Below, piece by piece: positions 9,325 through 20,033 of a DNA stretch of 51,631 nucleotides. Location of the stretch: positions 1-51,631 of the IMG/VR virus record IMGVR_UViG_3300030107_001538; one strand, given 5' to 3'. The notes under the pieces were generated by a model that made no database searches, had not been told where the DNA came from, and worked only from the letters and a program-made list of their open reading frames with translations. Numbering within the stretch: position 1 is the stretch's first letter; every line of letters begins with the position of its first letter. The DNA comes from a virus. Its lineage: Duplodnaviria > Caudoviricetes. Position numbers and translations under genes: made by a program.

Positions 9325-11385
9325 ATGACTAAGAAGAAAAATAAAAGAGCAGGTATTAGCTCTATACGTCAAGACTATCGTTCTGGTGGTCTAGTATCCA
9401 AAGAAGGCAATAGACTTAAAGCATTTCAAGGTTATGCTGAACCATATTTTGATATTGGAGATTTTAACTTTGGAATTGGTACTCCCGGTTTACCTATACC
9501 CGGTTTACCCGGAAATATAACTATACCTACACCTACCCCTACCGCCGAGGAAGCTATGGAAGAAGAAATGAAAGAAAATGTAGAAAAAACTAGAAAAAAA
9601 TTAGAAGAACAAGCAGCCGGTGAAGGTGTTCAAATTTCTCCTATGGAAGTTCAAAAGTTAAAAGAAAAAACTTCTGAAGGTATTCTTGATGAAAATGTAG
9701 GAAAAATTTCTCAAGCAGATACAGCAAAAGTACAAGGTACATTAATTGAGCCAGTTAGAAAAGAAGATGTACAAACAGTTACAGATACAGCTCAAGTAAC
9801 TACTCCAACAGATGTTCCCATTGCTACTATTGATGAAGCTGATATTGCAAAAGCAACGACAACTCCAACACAAGCACAAATAGGAACGGTTAGTGATAAA
9901 GCATTAGTAGAAAAAGTTGATGTTCAAACTGTTCCAACCATTACTGGGGTTGATGTAGAAATTGAAGAAGGAGCAATTGTTGACAGAGTAGTTGCAACCA
10001 TGAGTCCTGAAGCTATTGCTGAAGCTGCAACTATTAATGGTTTAGATTTAAGAAAAGTTACTAGAGCAAAAGAAGAATTAAGAAATGCCGGAATTGATGA
10101 ATTAACTATTTCTGAATTAGGAAATGACCCTAAAGCTCTTGAAGAAGCTTTAATGGATTTAACTGATAAAGAAAGAGGTTTAGTCGCTGGATTACCTCAA
10201 GAAGCTTTAGTTAGTAATCAAATGAATACATTAATAGAAGGTATTCAAGAAGGTCAAATTCCTGCTTGGGCAAAACCAGCAGTAGCTCAAGTTGATGCTT
10301 TATTGGCTAGAAGAGGATTAAATGCTTCTACAGTTGGTAGAGATGCTTTGTTAAATACAATTATACAAAGTGCTTTACCTATAGCTCAATCTAATGCTCA
10401 AGCTATTCAAGCAGCTATAGCTCAAGAAAGAACTATTGAAGCCCAAGTATCTATTAAAGAAGCAGAATTTACACAACAAACAGCTTTACAAAATGCAACT
10501 AATGTTTTTAAATTAAATTTAGCTCAATTTAGTGCAGACCAACAAAGAGAAATAACTAATAGTAAATTTTTTCAAACTGTTAGTTTAACAAATGCAAATA
10601 ATGACCAACAAGCAGTTATACAAAATGCAGTTTTATTATCTCAAGCAAATTTAGCTCAAGCTAGTATTGACCAACAAAGACAAATAAATAATGCTAAAGC
10701 ATTTTTAACTATAGACATGGCTAATTTAAGTAATAGACAACAAGTAGCTGTTTTAGATGCACAAAATATACAACAAGCAATGTTAAGTAATCAAGCTGCT
10801 ATAAATGCTACAAAACAATTTAATGCTACAACTACAAATCAAGCGAATCAGTATATGGCATCTTTAGCTGTCGATGTTGAAAAATATAATGCAACTCAAA
10901 TAAATGCAACCAAGCAATTTAATATTCAACAAAAAAATGCTGCTGAAGCAAGAAATGTACAAAGAGAATTAGACGTAGCTAAAGCTAATGCTGCAACAAA
11001 AAATCAAATAGAACAATACAATGCAACAGTTGAAAATAATAGAGTTGAATATAATTCTAAAAATAGTTTAGTTATAGCTCAATCTAATGCTCAATGGAGA
11101 AGACAAATAGCTACTGCTGATACTGCAGCAGTTAATGCAGCAGCCGAACAAGCAGCAAAACAAAATTTTGAATTAACTGCTCAAGCTCAACAAGCATTAT
11201 GGCAAGATTTAAGAGACCAAGGACATAATATTTTTTCTGCAGCTAGAGCTGACAAAGATATTGTTGCTCAATTAACTGCTGAATTTTTGTCTGGTTCATA
11301 TGCTAATGAAACATCAATGAATGCTAATTTTGATATTTTAAAAAATATTATTCAACAATTAACTGGAACAATTATCAATAGATAG
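9325..11385 (+). CDS. Putative internal virion (ejection) protein, Q/A/N-rich
   Basis: 686 aa; long helical QFNA/QYNA repeats; position after tail genes. Confidence 0.5.
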   Translation: MTKKKNKRAGISSIRQDYRSGGLVSKEGNRLKAFQGYAEPYFDIGDFNFGIGTPGLPIPGLPGNITIPTPTPTAEEAMEEEMKENVEKTRKKLEEQAAGEGVQISPMEVQKLKEKTSEGILDENVGKISQADTAKVQGTLIEPVRKEDVQTVTDTAQVTTPTDVPIATIDEADIAKATTTPTQAQIGTVSDKALVEKVDVQTVPTITGVDVEIEEGAIVDRVVATMSPEAIAEAATINGLDLRKVTRAKEELRNAGIDELTISELGNDPKALEEALMDLTDKERGLVAGLPQEALVSNQMNTLIEGIQEGQIPAWAKPAVAQVDALLARRGLNASTVGRDALLNTIIQSALPIAQSNAQAIQAAIAQERTIEAQVSIKEAEFTQQTALQNATNVFKLNLAQFSADQQREITNSKFFQTVSLTNANNDQQAVIQNAVLLSQANLAQASIDQQRQINNAKAFLTIDMANLSNRQQVAVLDAQNIQQAMLSNQAAINATKQFNATTTNQANQYMASLAVDVEKYNATQINATKQFNIQQKNAAEARNVQRELDVAKANAATKNQIEQYNATVENNRVEYNSKNSLVIAQSNAQWRRQIATADTAAVNAAAEQAAKQNFELTAQAQQALWQDLRDQGHNIFSAARADKDIVAQLTAEFLSGSYANETSMNANFDILKNIIQQLTGTIINR

Positions 11386-11401
11386 TAGGAGGTGCGACTT
11401 C

Positions 11402-12268
11402 ATAAAGAAATTATTTAAAAGTGTTGGAAAAGCTGTTAAGAAAGTTGTTAAAGGTGTTGGCAAAGTTGTTAAAGGTGTTGCCAAAGGTGTTAAAAAAGTT
11501 GTTAAAGGTGTTGGCAAACTTGCAAAAAAAGCTTGGAAAAATAAATATATTCGGGCTGCTTTAATTATAGGAGCAATAGCTACTGGAGTAGGTGCTTTTG
11601 CTGCTGCTGGAGCTGCTGGAACTACTTTTGGAACTGCACTTACTGCTGGATTTTCTAGTCCTAGTGCTTTTGGTGCTATGTTAAAAGCTGGATTTGTAGG
11701 ATTTGCTCCCGGAGCTGCGGGAACATTAGGTACAGGTAGCACAGCCGGAGCTTTAGGGGCTAGTTTAGTTGGACCTACTGCAGGTACTACAGGTCTTGTC
11801 GGTGCTTCAGGTAGTATTAGTTTAGGCAGTTCATTAATAAATCCATTGAAAAGTAATCCCTTAGTTGGAAGTGCAAAAAGTGCAGGGGCAAGTGCTGGAA
11901 AAGGAAATATTTTTAGTACTATTGGTGGTTATGTAAAAGATGGAGTAGTTGCTGGAGTTAAATCTACAGTGGCTACAGCTACTGGAAATTTATTAATGTA
12001 TGGGGATGTTAGAGGTGATGTAGAAGGTCCAGACCCACTTTATCGTAGAGGAGATGGTTCAGCTTTTAGAAGTATTTCTTCTTATTCTTTACCAGAAGCA
12101 ACAGAATATACTCCTCTTTATTCTAGTGCTAGTACAGATACAGTTGGTAATACTTATGTAGCAATGTTGCAAAATTTAGGATATGGCAATGGTTCATATG
12201 ATTATGCTGTAAATAATAATATAGCATTAATGCAAGGTATAACTATACCACAAATACAATATGGTTAA
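11402..12268 (+). CDS. Putative DNA pilot/ejection protein, probably ATA-initiated
   Basis: The frame of the 11678 ORF is open back to 11363 with no ATG/GTG/TTG; SD AGGAGG at 11387-11392 lies 9 nt before ATA 11402; encodes KKLFKSVGKAVKKVVKGVGK then a G/A-rich hydrophobic segment. Confidence 0.65.
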   Translation: MKKLFKSVGKAVKKVVKGVGKVVKGVAKGVKKVVKGVGKLAKKAWKNKYIRAALIIGAIATGVGAFAAAGAAGTTFGTALTAGFSSPSAFGAMLKAGFVGFAPGAAGTLGTGSTAGALGASLVGPTAGTTGLVGASGSISLGSSLINPLKSNPLVGSAKSAGASAGKGNIFSTIGGYVKDGVVAGVKSTVATATGNLLMYGDVRGDVEGPDPLYRRGDGSAFRSISSYSLPEATEYTPLYSSASTDTVGNTYVAMLQNLGYGNGSYDYAVNNNIALMQGITIPQIQYG

Positions 12269-12270
12269 TT

Positions 12271-13068
12271 ATGTTAAACAAAGATAAAAAAATAAAAAAA
12301 ATAGTTGAGCAAACTCCTAGTAAAGCTTCGTTAGCTTTAATTGATGAACTAGAAGCAAAAGGAGTTTCTTTAGAAGAATTTTCAGGCGGTGATTTTTTTG
12401 AAAGAAATCAAGGAAAAAGATTACCTTTAATGAAAAATAGGGATGCTATAGTTGAATCTAAAAACTTAGAATATATTACAAATCATATAAGTGAAAGACA
12501 AGATGTTCCGGGAGCTTCATTAACAAGCGACCCCGATAAACCTTATCCTTGGGAACAACCGCCTAAGTTTGCTAATCCAAGAGAAGCTCAAGATGATATG
12601 TATTTATTATTATCAGAACCTGAAGTAGCTGCTGGTGTAGTAACTGCTTTAAGTAATGGCTTGTCTGTTATGGATTTAACAAGTTTATTTATCTTTAGTG
12701 GATTTATAAGTGGTAGATTTACTCCCGATGTTGGTTTATTACTAGGAGAAGCTACAGCTTATTTTATTATGGGATTAGGAGAACTAGCTAATATTGAATA
12801 TCAAATTGAAGATGATGATACTGATTTAGATGAATTTATTGAAGGTGATATAGCTGAACAAATTATGCAAGTAAATGGTATGCAAAGACTTAAAGAATTA
12901 AGTTCTAAAAAAGATGTAACTACAAAAGATATACCACCAGAAATTTTAACAGAAATTAAAACTAGAGTTGAACCAAGTTTATTAATTCCAAAAACAACAG
13001 AACCAACTTTAGAGACAGAACCAGAACAACAAGATGAACAACAAACTTTATTAGGTAGGACAGAATAA
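12271..13068 (+). CDS. Hypothetical protein, probably virion-associated
   Basis: 265 aa; PGASLT..P.PWEQPP motif; in the ejection-protein cluster. Confidence 0.5.
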   Translation: MLNKDKKIKKIVEQTPSKASLALIDELEAKGVSLEEFSGGDFFERNQGKRLPLMKNRDAIVESKNLEYITNHISERQDVPGASLTSDPDKPYPWEQPPKFANPREAQDDMYLLLSEPEVAAGVVTALSNGLSVMDLTSLFIFSGFISGRFTPDVGLLLGEATAYFIMGLGELANIEYQIEDDDTDLDEFIEGDIAEQIMQVNGMQRLKELSSKKDVTTKDIPPEILTEIKTRVEPSLLIPKTTEPTLETEPEQQDEQQTLLGRTE

Positions 13069-15293
13069 TGGCGGATTTAGATTTTTCAGGAATATTTGAT
13101 GCAAAATCAAGAGCTATAGAGGCAGAAGAAAAGTATCTTAGAGATTTACGTAAACAAGCAGGAGAAGACCAATTAAAAGCAACTTTTGTTGACAAGTTTG
13201 TTAATGAAGCTATGTTTGATGGTCCTGAACGAAAAAGAAAAGAATTAATACAATTAAATTTAACTTCAGCCGAGTTAGATAAGAAACTAAGAGATACAAG
13301 AATTGCTCAAAATGAAAAAATTGTAAATCAAATTCAAGCAAATCAAAATAAAATTTTTAATCATAAAGATGGTGAAGAAGCTGGAGCTAAAGAACTTGCG
13401 ATTACTTTATTTAATAATTCTGATATAGGTAAACTTATTAGTGACCAAGATTTTTTAACTAAAATAGAGTATTTACCACAATATGAAAAAGATAAATTAA
13501 CTACTTTAAGAGAAGAAGTTATAAATGATACTGCAACAAATATTTTAAATTTAGCTAATGAAACTAAAAATGCTACATTTACTGATGAGAATGGACAAGT
13601 TACTAAGTTACCGCCTTTGGAAGAATATTTAGAAAATGCTTATAAATTAAGTAATGATTTGTATACAAATATGGCTGCTGGTATATCTTTAGATGCAGAT
13701 AAAGTTGACCCTTTTAAAGTAGGTATTGATAAAATTACTGGTAATAGTATAGATAGTAATTTAGGTATAATTAGAGGGGTTCAACAAAAATTACAAAATG
13801 AATATAATGCAATCAATAATAATATTAAAAATTATGCTAATAAATATACTAATACTTTAAATACAACTAATTTTACTACTGAAGTAAATACTATTTTAAA
13901 TTTAGATTTAACATCTTTAAAAACAACTAATTCTAACATTTCTAAATTTATGTCAGGAGGAAGAACTGAAGATGTAGGTTTTAGAAGTGCTGCATTTATT
14001 TTAGAGCCCGGTGTTATTAAAGATGTAAATGGAAACGTAAGCACTCAAACTACAAGTTTATTTGGTAAAGTAGAAGGAAGTGGATTGTTTAGTAGCGATG
14101 TAGAAATACCTAAAGAAAATATTACAATAAAAGAAAGATTTATAAATGAAAATAATCAACTTGACGAAAGAATAATAAATAATGCAGTTCCTGAAGAAGT
14201 GTTGCAAGGTATGATTACTCCAATTGTTCAAGTTTTACAATATGAAGATAAAAGAAACCCACAAACTTTTGGAACAAAAGGACCAGTAGAATTAACCAAT
14301 AATGCTTATCGATTGTTAGCTGAATCTGGCTTAATAAAACTTGTAGATTCTAATGATGCTTCTAAAGGAATAATTATAACTAGACCTTTAAATTTAAATT
14401 CTGTTATTGATTCTGTTATGACTTTATCTGAAACAGACCGCAGTTTGTTAAATGTTGATAGAATTTATACTATTGGAAATAATTCAATTATGTCTGCAGC
14501 AAAAAATGATGGTGGTGGTGATGAAACAGATTTAATTAATAATGAAGCTGCTTTAACAGAAAATAAAATTGAAAATGAATTAGATACTGTAACAGATTCA
14601 GATACTAGAGATAATTTAATAAGTGAATTAGATAATTTAAATAATTTAAATACAGATGCTAATGCACAAAGAATTTTTGTTGCAGATAAATTAATAAATC
14701 CTTCTGAAGAAAATGTAGGAAAAATGTATGTTATAAATTATGGTGACGGTCCAAAAACATATGAATCTGGAAACTTATCTTATTTTCAAGCTATGGAAAT
14801 TTATAATGCTACTATTACTTTAAATGAAACAAATGAAAATAAAAAGTTATTAAGTTTAATTGAAGATAAATATTTAAGTGGAATGACTTCAAGAGAAAAA
14901 GTTACATTTAATAGATTAACTACATTACGAGAAAAAACTCTTAAGTTCTTAGCAGACGAAGATTATTTAGACAGTGCAACTCAAGCAAACATTCAAAGTA
15001 AAAGAGATAGACTTCAAAGAACTGAACAACAAATGAATCAGTTAATTGAAACTAAAGGCACACTAAAAACTATTGAGCAACAAGTAGGTGAATTAATTGA
15101 ACCAGTAATTACACCTGTAGTAGAATTTAGTAGAACAATTGATACAAGAAAACGTATAGGTAATTTAGAACAATCAATTAAAATGATTAAATTTAATTTA
15201 ACTAAAGATATTTCTAATAAAAAACGTAGAGATTTAGAAAAACAATTAAATGAAGAAGAAAGAGAACTTAGTTTGCTCTTGAATGAGGAGTAA
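13068..15293 (+). CDS. Putative internal virion protein
   Basis: 741 aa, translationally coupled, N/E/K-rich helical. Confidence 0.45.
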   Translation: MADLDFSGIFDAKSRAIEAEEKYLRDLRKQAGEDQLKATFVDKFVNEAMFDGPERKRKELIQLNLTSAELDKKLRDTRIAQNEKIVNQIQANQNKIFNHKDGEEAGAKELAITLFNNSDIGKLISDQDFLTKIEYLPQYEKDKLTTLREEVINDTATNILNLANETKNATFTDENGQVTKLPPLEEYLENAYKLSNDLYTNMAAGISLDADKVDPFKVGIDKITGNSIDSNLGIIRGVQQKLQNEYNAINNNIKNYANKYTNTLNTTNFTTEVNTILNLDLTSLKTTNSNISKFMSGGRTEDVGFRSAAFILEPGVIKDVNGNVSTQTTSLFGKVEGSGLFSSDVEIPKENITIKERFINENNQLDERIINNAVPEEVLQGMITPIVQVLQYEDKRNPQTFGTKGPVELTNNAYRLLAESGLIKLVDSNDASKGIIITRPLNLNSVIDSVMTLSETDRSLLNVDRIYTIGNNSIMSAAKNDGGGDETDLINNEAALTENKIENELDTVTDSDTRDNLISELDNLNNLNTDANAQRIFVADKLINPSEENVGKMYVINYGDGPKTYESGNLSYFQAMEIYNATITLNETNENKKLLSLIEDKYLSGMTSREKVTFNRLTTLREKTLKFLADEDYLDSATQANIQSKRDRLQRTEQQMNQLIETKGTLKTIEQQVGELIEPVITPVVEFSRTIDTRKRIGNLEQSIKMIKFNLTKDISNKKRRDLEKQLNEEERELSLLLNEE

Positions 15294-15295
15294 TT

Positions 15296-18200
15296 ATGAG
15301 TTTATTTGAGTCTTATAATTTAACAAATAGAAAAATAAAAAATGAAAATACAGAAGAAAAAAAATCTTCTACTTATAAAACATTAGACGAATTTATAGTT
15401 AATCCCCCAGTTGAAAAAATTGATAATTCTAATTTATTTAATTCTTATAATTCAAATAATAGAAGCATCAAATCAAAACAAGTTGAAAAAACTGTAGCTA
15501 AAAAAGATATTTATAATCCTCCAGCTTATAAAACTTTAGGAGATAACTATAGTGTTACTGACTTTGAACAAAATCCAGAAGTTATTAACGATGCTAATAA
15601 AGTTTTAACTTCGTTTGGTACAAATGATAATTTAGTTGAATGGTTAAGAGATTCTAATATTAGTGCTAGTAGTGCAGTTATGAGAGCTTTTGAAGCTAAT
15701 AATGTTTCTGATGATGTTAAACAAGCTTATGCTAGACTACAAAGTAATTTTTCAAAAGCTAAATTAAAAAAACCTAGTGAGTATATGGGTTTAATTAAAG
15801 ATGGTTCTATAGATATTTTTGCTGACCCTTTAACTATAATTTCTCTTCTTGCAGCTCCTTGGACAGGAGGAGCTTCTGCTGTTGCTTTAAAAGCAGTAGA
15901 CCAAGCAGTAAAACAAGGAGTTAAAAAATATGCGGTTTCACAAATGGTTAAAACCGGAGCAAGACCAGCTATCTTTACAGGAGCAGAAGGAGCTGCTTGG
16001 ACTGGTTTGCATAATTATTATAATCAAGATTTAGATGTAAACATTGGTGTTAGAAATAATATTGATATGAAAGAACTGTTAACAACTTCAACTGTTGGTG
16101 GAGCTTTAGGATTAGGATTAGGTTTTACTACTGGTGCATTAAGTGGAGCACAATATTTTAAACGAAGATATAAATATCATAATCCAGATGAGCAGATGAA
16201 ACATGCCGATAGTGTTAATAGAAAAGATATTGTTAAAGAAGAAGAATTATTTGATGTAGAATTAAAATCTCCTTACAGTTTTGAAAGAATTAAAGATAAA
16301 TTTATTGGCAATACTTTTGGAAAAGCTACAACTCCATTGGCATCAATTGCAAAATCTTCCAAAACTTTAGATGCATTTTTAAAACATTTACGTTACGACT
16401 ACAATAGAACACTTTTTGGTTCAGAAAAAAATTCACCTGTAGACCCTTCTTATTTTGAAGGTATTAATTTAGGATTTGGAAAAAGACATTTTAAAATGGA
16501 ACAAATTTTTAATGACTTAGGCAGGACTACTTCTTTTAAAAAATTTTTACAGCCAAGAATTACAAGAGAAGATAACGATGCTTTAGGAGCATTATTAAGA
16601 AGTGGTGGAAAAGCTACAAAATTTAAATCTGGCAAACGTAACAATATAGATATACCAGAAGATGTAAGAAATGCTTATGAAGAATTAAGAGTAATTTTAG
16701 AAGAAACTTTTGACGAAGGACAATCAGTTGGAATATTTCAAGCTTTTCAAAAAGTTTCAAATTATTTTCCAAGAATATTTAATTATGGAAAATTAGATAA
16801 AGGTAGACAAAAGTTTGAAGAGTTATTAATTGATAAAGGTTATGCTAATACGTCAAACAATGTTAGTGGTAAAAAATTTCAAAAGTATGTTGATGCTAAA
16901 GCTGTAAAAGAAGGCAAAAAAGTTTCAGATTTAGAAATAGAATTAGGTGTACCTGCCGATGCAAAAACTATCGACCAAGAGGCTTTTAATTTACAAGAAC
17001 GTTTTGGAGTTGAGTCTTTTGAAGATTTAGCTTTACAAAAAAATCCTAATTTAGCTGCTGACCAAGTTATTGATGAAGCTAGAAAATTAAAAGCTCGAAC
17101 CATTGTTGATGATATGTTAAGACTTAGACATACTCCTTTTGAATTTAGAATGACAGGAGGAGTTGGGTCAGGTAAAGGTTTTATGCAACATAGAAAATTT
17201 ACTAAAATTGATGACGAAGAACTGGCTTTTGTTTTAGAAGATGATGTTACAGAGGTCTTAACAGATTATTTTACTAATGTAACTTCAGCTATTGAACGTA
17301 CTAAAAGATTTGGTTTAACTGTAGGAGATTTTGAAAAAAACTTTGTTAGTAAGATTGAAGAAGAATTAATTGCAAATTCACCCGGAGGTTCTTTTAATAG
17401 AGATGATATAACTAATATTTTAGAAAATGTTAGAAAATTACATCGTAGGTCTACTGGACTAATAGTAGATGACCAAGCTAGTAATTTATTTAGTAAAGGT
17501 ACACAAGGATTTTTTAAAACTGCTTCTGAGTGGGGTAGACTAAGTCAACAAATGGCTCATCTTCCTTTAGCTGTAGTTTCAAGTATTACTGAACCTATTA
17601 TTATGTTGTCTCGAGTAGGTATATCTGATAGTCCAGAAGCTGCTGGAGAAATTGCTAAATCTATGGTCAAAGGAGTACAAAAAATATTTGACCGAACTAC
17701 TAAAAATTTATACTCTGTTACAACAGGTAAAAAAGTTAGCTTTAAAGATTTAGATGATGAGTATTGGAAAGAATTGTATGAAGTAGGTTTAGCTTTAGAA
17801 TCTGCAACTCTTGATGGTTTTGATAGACTTGCAAGTGGCGATGCATTAACAGGCACAATTGCAAAAGGAGTTCAAAATGCATTTTTTAAAGTTAATTTTT
17901 TAACACAGTGGACTCAAGCAGTTCAAGCTGCTTCTTTTGTAACAGGACAAAAATTAATTAGAAGAAATGCTCAAAAATTATATGAAGATTCTATAGGAGC
18001 AAGAACATTAAGCACCGGAAATTTTAGAAACTCCGGAGTAAATCAAAAAGAATATTTAACAGGACAATTAAATGAATTAGGTATTAGTTCAGATGATGCC
18101 ATTAAATGGTATCGAGAATCTTTAGATGAAGATAAATTTTTTAGCACTGCAAAATCAGAAGAATTAGATTTTTATAATAAAAAATATTTACCTGCAGCCG

Positions 18201-19024
18201 GAAGATTTGTTAATGAAGTAATTTTAAATCCCTCTGTAGCAGCAGCTAATAAACCATTATTATTTAGTAGTGGACCGGGTAAACTATTATTTCAATTTGC
18301 TGGGTATCCTACTGCTTTTAATAATATTGTTTTAAAAAAATTTATAAATGATAGTAAACGTTATCCATTATCAGCATCACCAAAAGTTTTAGCTGCTTCA
18401 TTAATGATGACTTCTGTTGCTATGATAGGAAATTACATTCGTAGTGAAGGAAGACAATTTGAAGAATATCGTAGAGGAGAAAAAACTGAAGGAGAAATTA
18501 TTGGTGATTCTGTTGCTAGATGGGGTGGTTTTGGACCTTTAGATTATGGGAGAAGAATTAGACAAAATGCAAAATATGGTTCAGGTATGATTGGTTCAAC
18601 TATTAAAGGAGTTACAGGACCTTTACCGGCTGATTTAGTAGATAATCTTTTATATCGCAAAGGTATTTTTTCAACTGCTGCAACAAATGTTCCCGGTTAT
18701 GGGTTTATTCTTAGTCCAGAAATAAAAAAAGAATGGAGAAGTTTTAATAGAGATTTAGATAAAGCTTTATATAGAATTATTGCTGGAGAAGAAAGCAACG
18801 ATGATGGGCAAAGTGTTTTAGCAAGATATGCCAAAAGAACAGGAGGCGAAATAACCGTACCTAATGCTCCAAATAAAGCAGAGCAAAGAGTAAATAAATT
18901 AACAGGTATGCCTTATGATATAGAAGCTGGACCAACAGCTCAAAGAGAAAAAGAAAGAGTAGGTTATAGTGAAGAAGGTAAGTTGTTGGCAACTATGCAA
19001 CGTAGAAAAGAAAAGAATGTATAA
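15296..19024 (+). CDS. Large internal virion protein (T7 gp16-like position)
   Basis: 1242 aa; NYFPR and LLFQFAGYP motifs common in large podovirus ejection proteins. Confidence 0.55.
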   Translation: MSLFESYNLTNRKIKNENTEEKKSSTYKTLDEFIVNPPVEKIDNSNLFNSYNSNNRSIKSKQVEKTVAKKDIYNPPAYKTLGDNYSVTDFEQNPEVINDANKVLTSFGTNDNLVEWLRDSNISASSAVMRAFEANNVSDDVKQAYARLQSNFSKAKLKKPSEYMGLIKDGSIDIFADPLTIISLLAAPWTGGASAVALKAVDQAVKQGVKKYAVSQMVKTGARPAIFTGAEGAAWTGLHNYYNQDLDVNIGVRNNIDMKELLTTSTVGGALGLGLGFTTGALSGAQYFKRRYKYHNPDEQMKHADSVNRKDIVKEEELFDVELKSPYSFERIKDKFIGNTFGKATTPLASIAKSSKTLDAFLKHLRYDYNRTLFGSEKNSPVDPSYFEGINLGFGKRHFKMEQIFNDLGRTTSFKKFLQPRITREDNDALGALLRSGGKATKFKSGKRNNIDIPEDVRNAYEELRVILEETFDEGQSVGIFQAFQKVSNYFPRIFNYGKLDKGRQKFEELLIDKGYANTSNNVSGKKFQKYVDAKAVKEGKKVSDLEIELGVPADAKTIDQEAFNLQERFGVESFEDLALQKNPNLAADQVIDEARKLKARTIVDDMLRLRHTPFEFRMTGGVGSGKGFMQHRKFTKIDDEELAFVLEDDVTEVLTDYFTNVTSAIERTKRFGLTVGDFEKNFVSKIEEELIANSPGGSFNRDDITNILENVRKLHRRSTGLIVDDQASNLFSKGTQGFFKTASEWGRLSQQMAHLPLAVVSSITEPIIMLSRVGISDSPEAAGEIAKSMVKGVQKIFDRTTKNLYSVTTGKKVSFKDLDDEYWKELYEVGLALESATLDGFDRLASGDALTGTIAKGVQNAFFKVNFLTQWTQAVQAASFVTGQKLIRRNAQKLYEDSIGARTLSTGNFRNSGVNQKEYLTGQLNELGISSDDAIKWYRESLDEDKFFSTAKSEELDFYNKKYLPAAGRFVNEVILNPSVAAANKPLLFSSGPGKLLFQFAGYPTAFNNIVLKKFINDSKRYPLSASPKVLAASLMMTSVAMIGNYIRSEGRQFEEYRRGEKTEGEIIGDSVARWGGFGPLDYGRRIRQNAKYGSGMIGSTIKGVTGPLPADLVDNLLYRKGIFSTAATNVPGYGFILSPEIKKEWRSFNRDLDKALYRIIAGEESNDDGQSVLARYAKRTGGEITVPNAPNKAEQRVNKLTGMPYDIEAGPTAQREKERVGYSEEGKLLATMQRRKEKNV

Positions 19025-19382
19025 ATATTTTACAGAAGACGAACTTAAATGTAGGCACACAGGCGAGTGTAAAATGGATGATGAGTTTATGCAAGTCTTA
19101 GATAATATTAGAGAAGAATGTGGTTTTCCGTTTGTAATTACCAGTGCTTATCGTTCTCCTGAACATCCAATAGAAGCTAAAAAGTCAAGACCCGGAGCAC
19201 ACAGTTCAGGAAAAGCTGTAGATGTTCTTGTCCACATGGAACAAGCTTATAAACTTGTAGAAGTTGCTATACGTTTTGGTATTCCAAGAATAGGTGTTTC
19301 ACAAAAAGGACATGTTGGAGCTAGATTTATACATTTAGACATGGACACTACTCGAGCACAACCTCGTATCTGGAGTTATTAA
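19017..19382 (+). CDS. Endolysin, peptidase M15 family (Zn)
   Basis: YFTEDELKC, ITSAYRSPEH, AHSSGKAVD, FIHLD; start moved to in-frame ATG 19017. Confidence 0.85.
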   Translation: MYKYFTEDELKCRHTGECKMDDEFMQVLDNIREECGFPFVITSAYRSPEHPIEAKKSRPGAHSSGKAVDVLVHMEQAYKLVEVAIRFGIPRIGVSQKGHVGARFIHLDMDTTRAQPRIWSY

Positions 19383-19624
19383 TGTTGTTATACACAGAAA
19401 AACAATTAGATAGAGCTTACAGAATAGACTGTAAAGCTAGAACTCGTAATAATACTCCTTGGATAAAACGAGAAAAATTTAGAGATTTATATGAAGATTT
19501 AATGGAAATGTATATGGTGCAATTTGACGAAACTCAATTGTTAGACCCAGATGCTCCAGAATTTGTTTTAGATACTTTAAATGAAATTATAGATAAAAGT
19601 TTACATTTTGAACCGGAGGAATAA
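19382..19624 (+). CDS. Hypothetical protein
   Basis: 80 aa, coupled (TAATG) to both neighbours. Confidence 0.6.
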   Translation: MLLYTEKQLDRAYRIDCKARTRNNTPWIKREKFRDLYEDLMEMYMVQFDETQLLDPDAPEFVLDTLNEIIDKSLHFEPEE

Positions 19625-20022
19625 TGGCTGACCCAATAACAAAATCAATTGTAGGAGTAGCTGGTAAGGTACTTAATAAATTTGTGGTTGATAAAGATTT
19701 GAAGGCTAAATTAGACCATGAGCTTAAAACAGCATTTCATGCAGCTAATTTAGCACAGATAGATTTAAACAAACAAGAAGCAGCTCATAAAAGTTTATTT
19801 GTTGCAGGATGGAGACCTTTTGTTGGTTGGACTTGTGGTATTGCTTTAGCGTATCATTTTGTTGTCTCTCCATTATTAGCTTTTATTTTAGTTTTAGCTG
19901 GAGTCGATACACCTATGCCTGAGTTTGAGTTTTCTCAACTTAGCACTATTCTTATGGGTATGCTCGGTCTTGGAGGTTTAAGGTCGTATGAAAAAATGAA
20001 GGGAGTTCACAGAGAAAAATAA
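19624..20022 (+). CDS. Holin (3TM, GTA-holin-like)
   Basis: SLFVAGWRPFVGW and LMGMLGLGGLRSYEK signatures. Confidence 0.8.
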   Translation: MADPITKSIVGVAGKVLNKFVVDKDLKAKLDHELKTAFHAANLAQIDLNKQEAAHKSLFVAGWRPFVGWTCGIALAYHFVVSPLLAFILVLAGVDTPMPEFEFSQLSTILMGMLGLGGLRSYEKMKGVHREK

Positions 20023-20033
20023 AAGGAGTAAAA

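Noticed and set aside
11330-11365. Slippery TTTTAAAAAA as a frameshift fusing the 686-aa gene to the next ORF
   Set aside because: A -1 shift gives the wrong frame, and the required frame has a TAA at 11360 downstream of the site.
11359-11742. 127-aa minus-strand ORF
   Set aside because: Antisense shadow of the repetitive + strand KVVKGV coding region.
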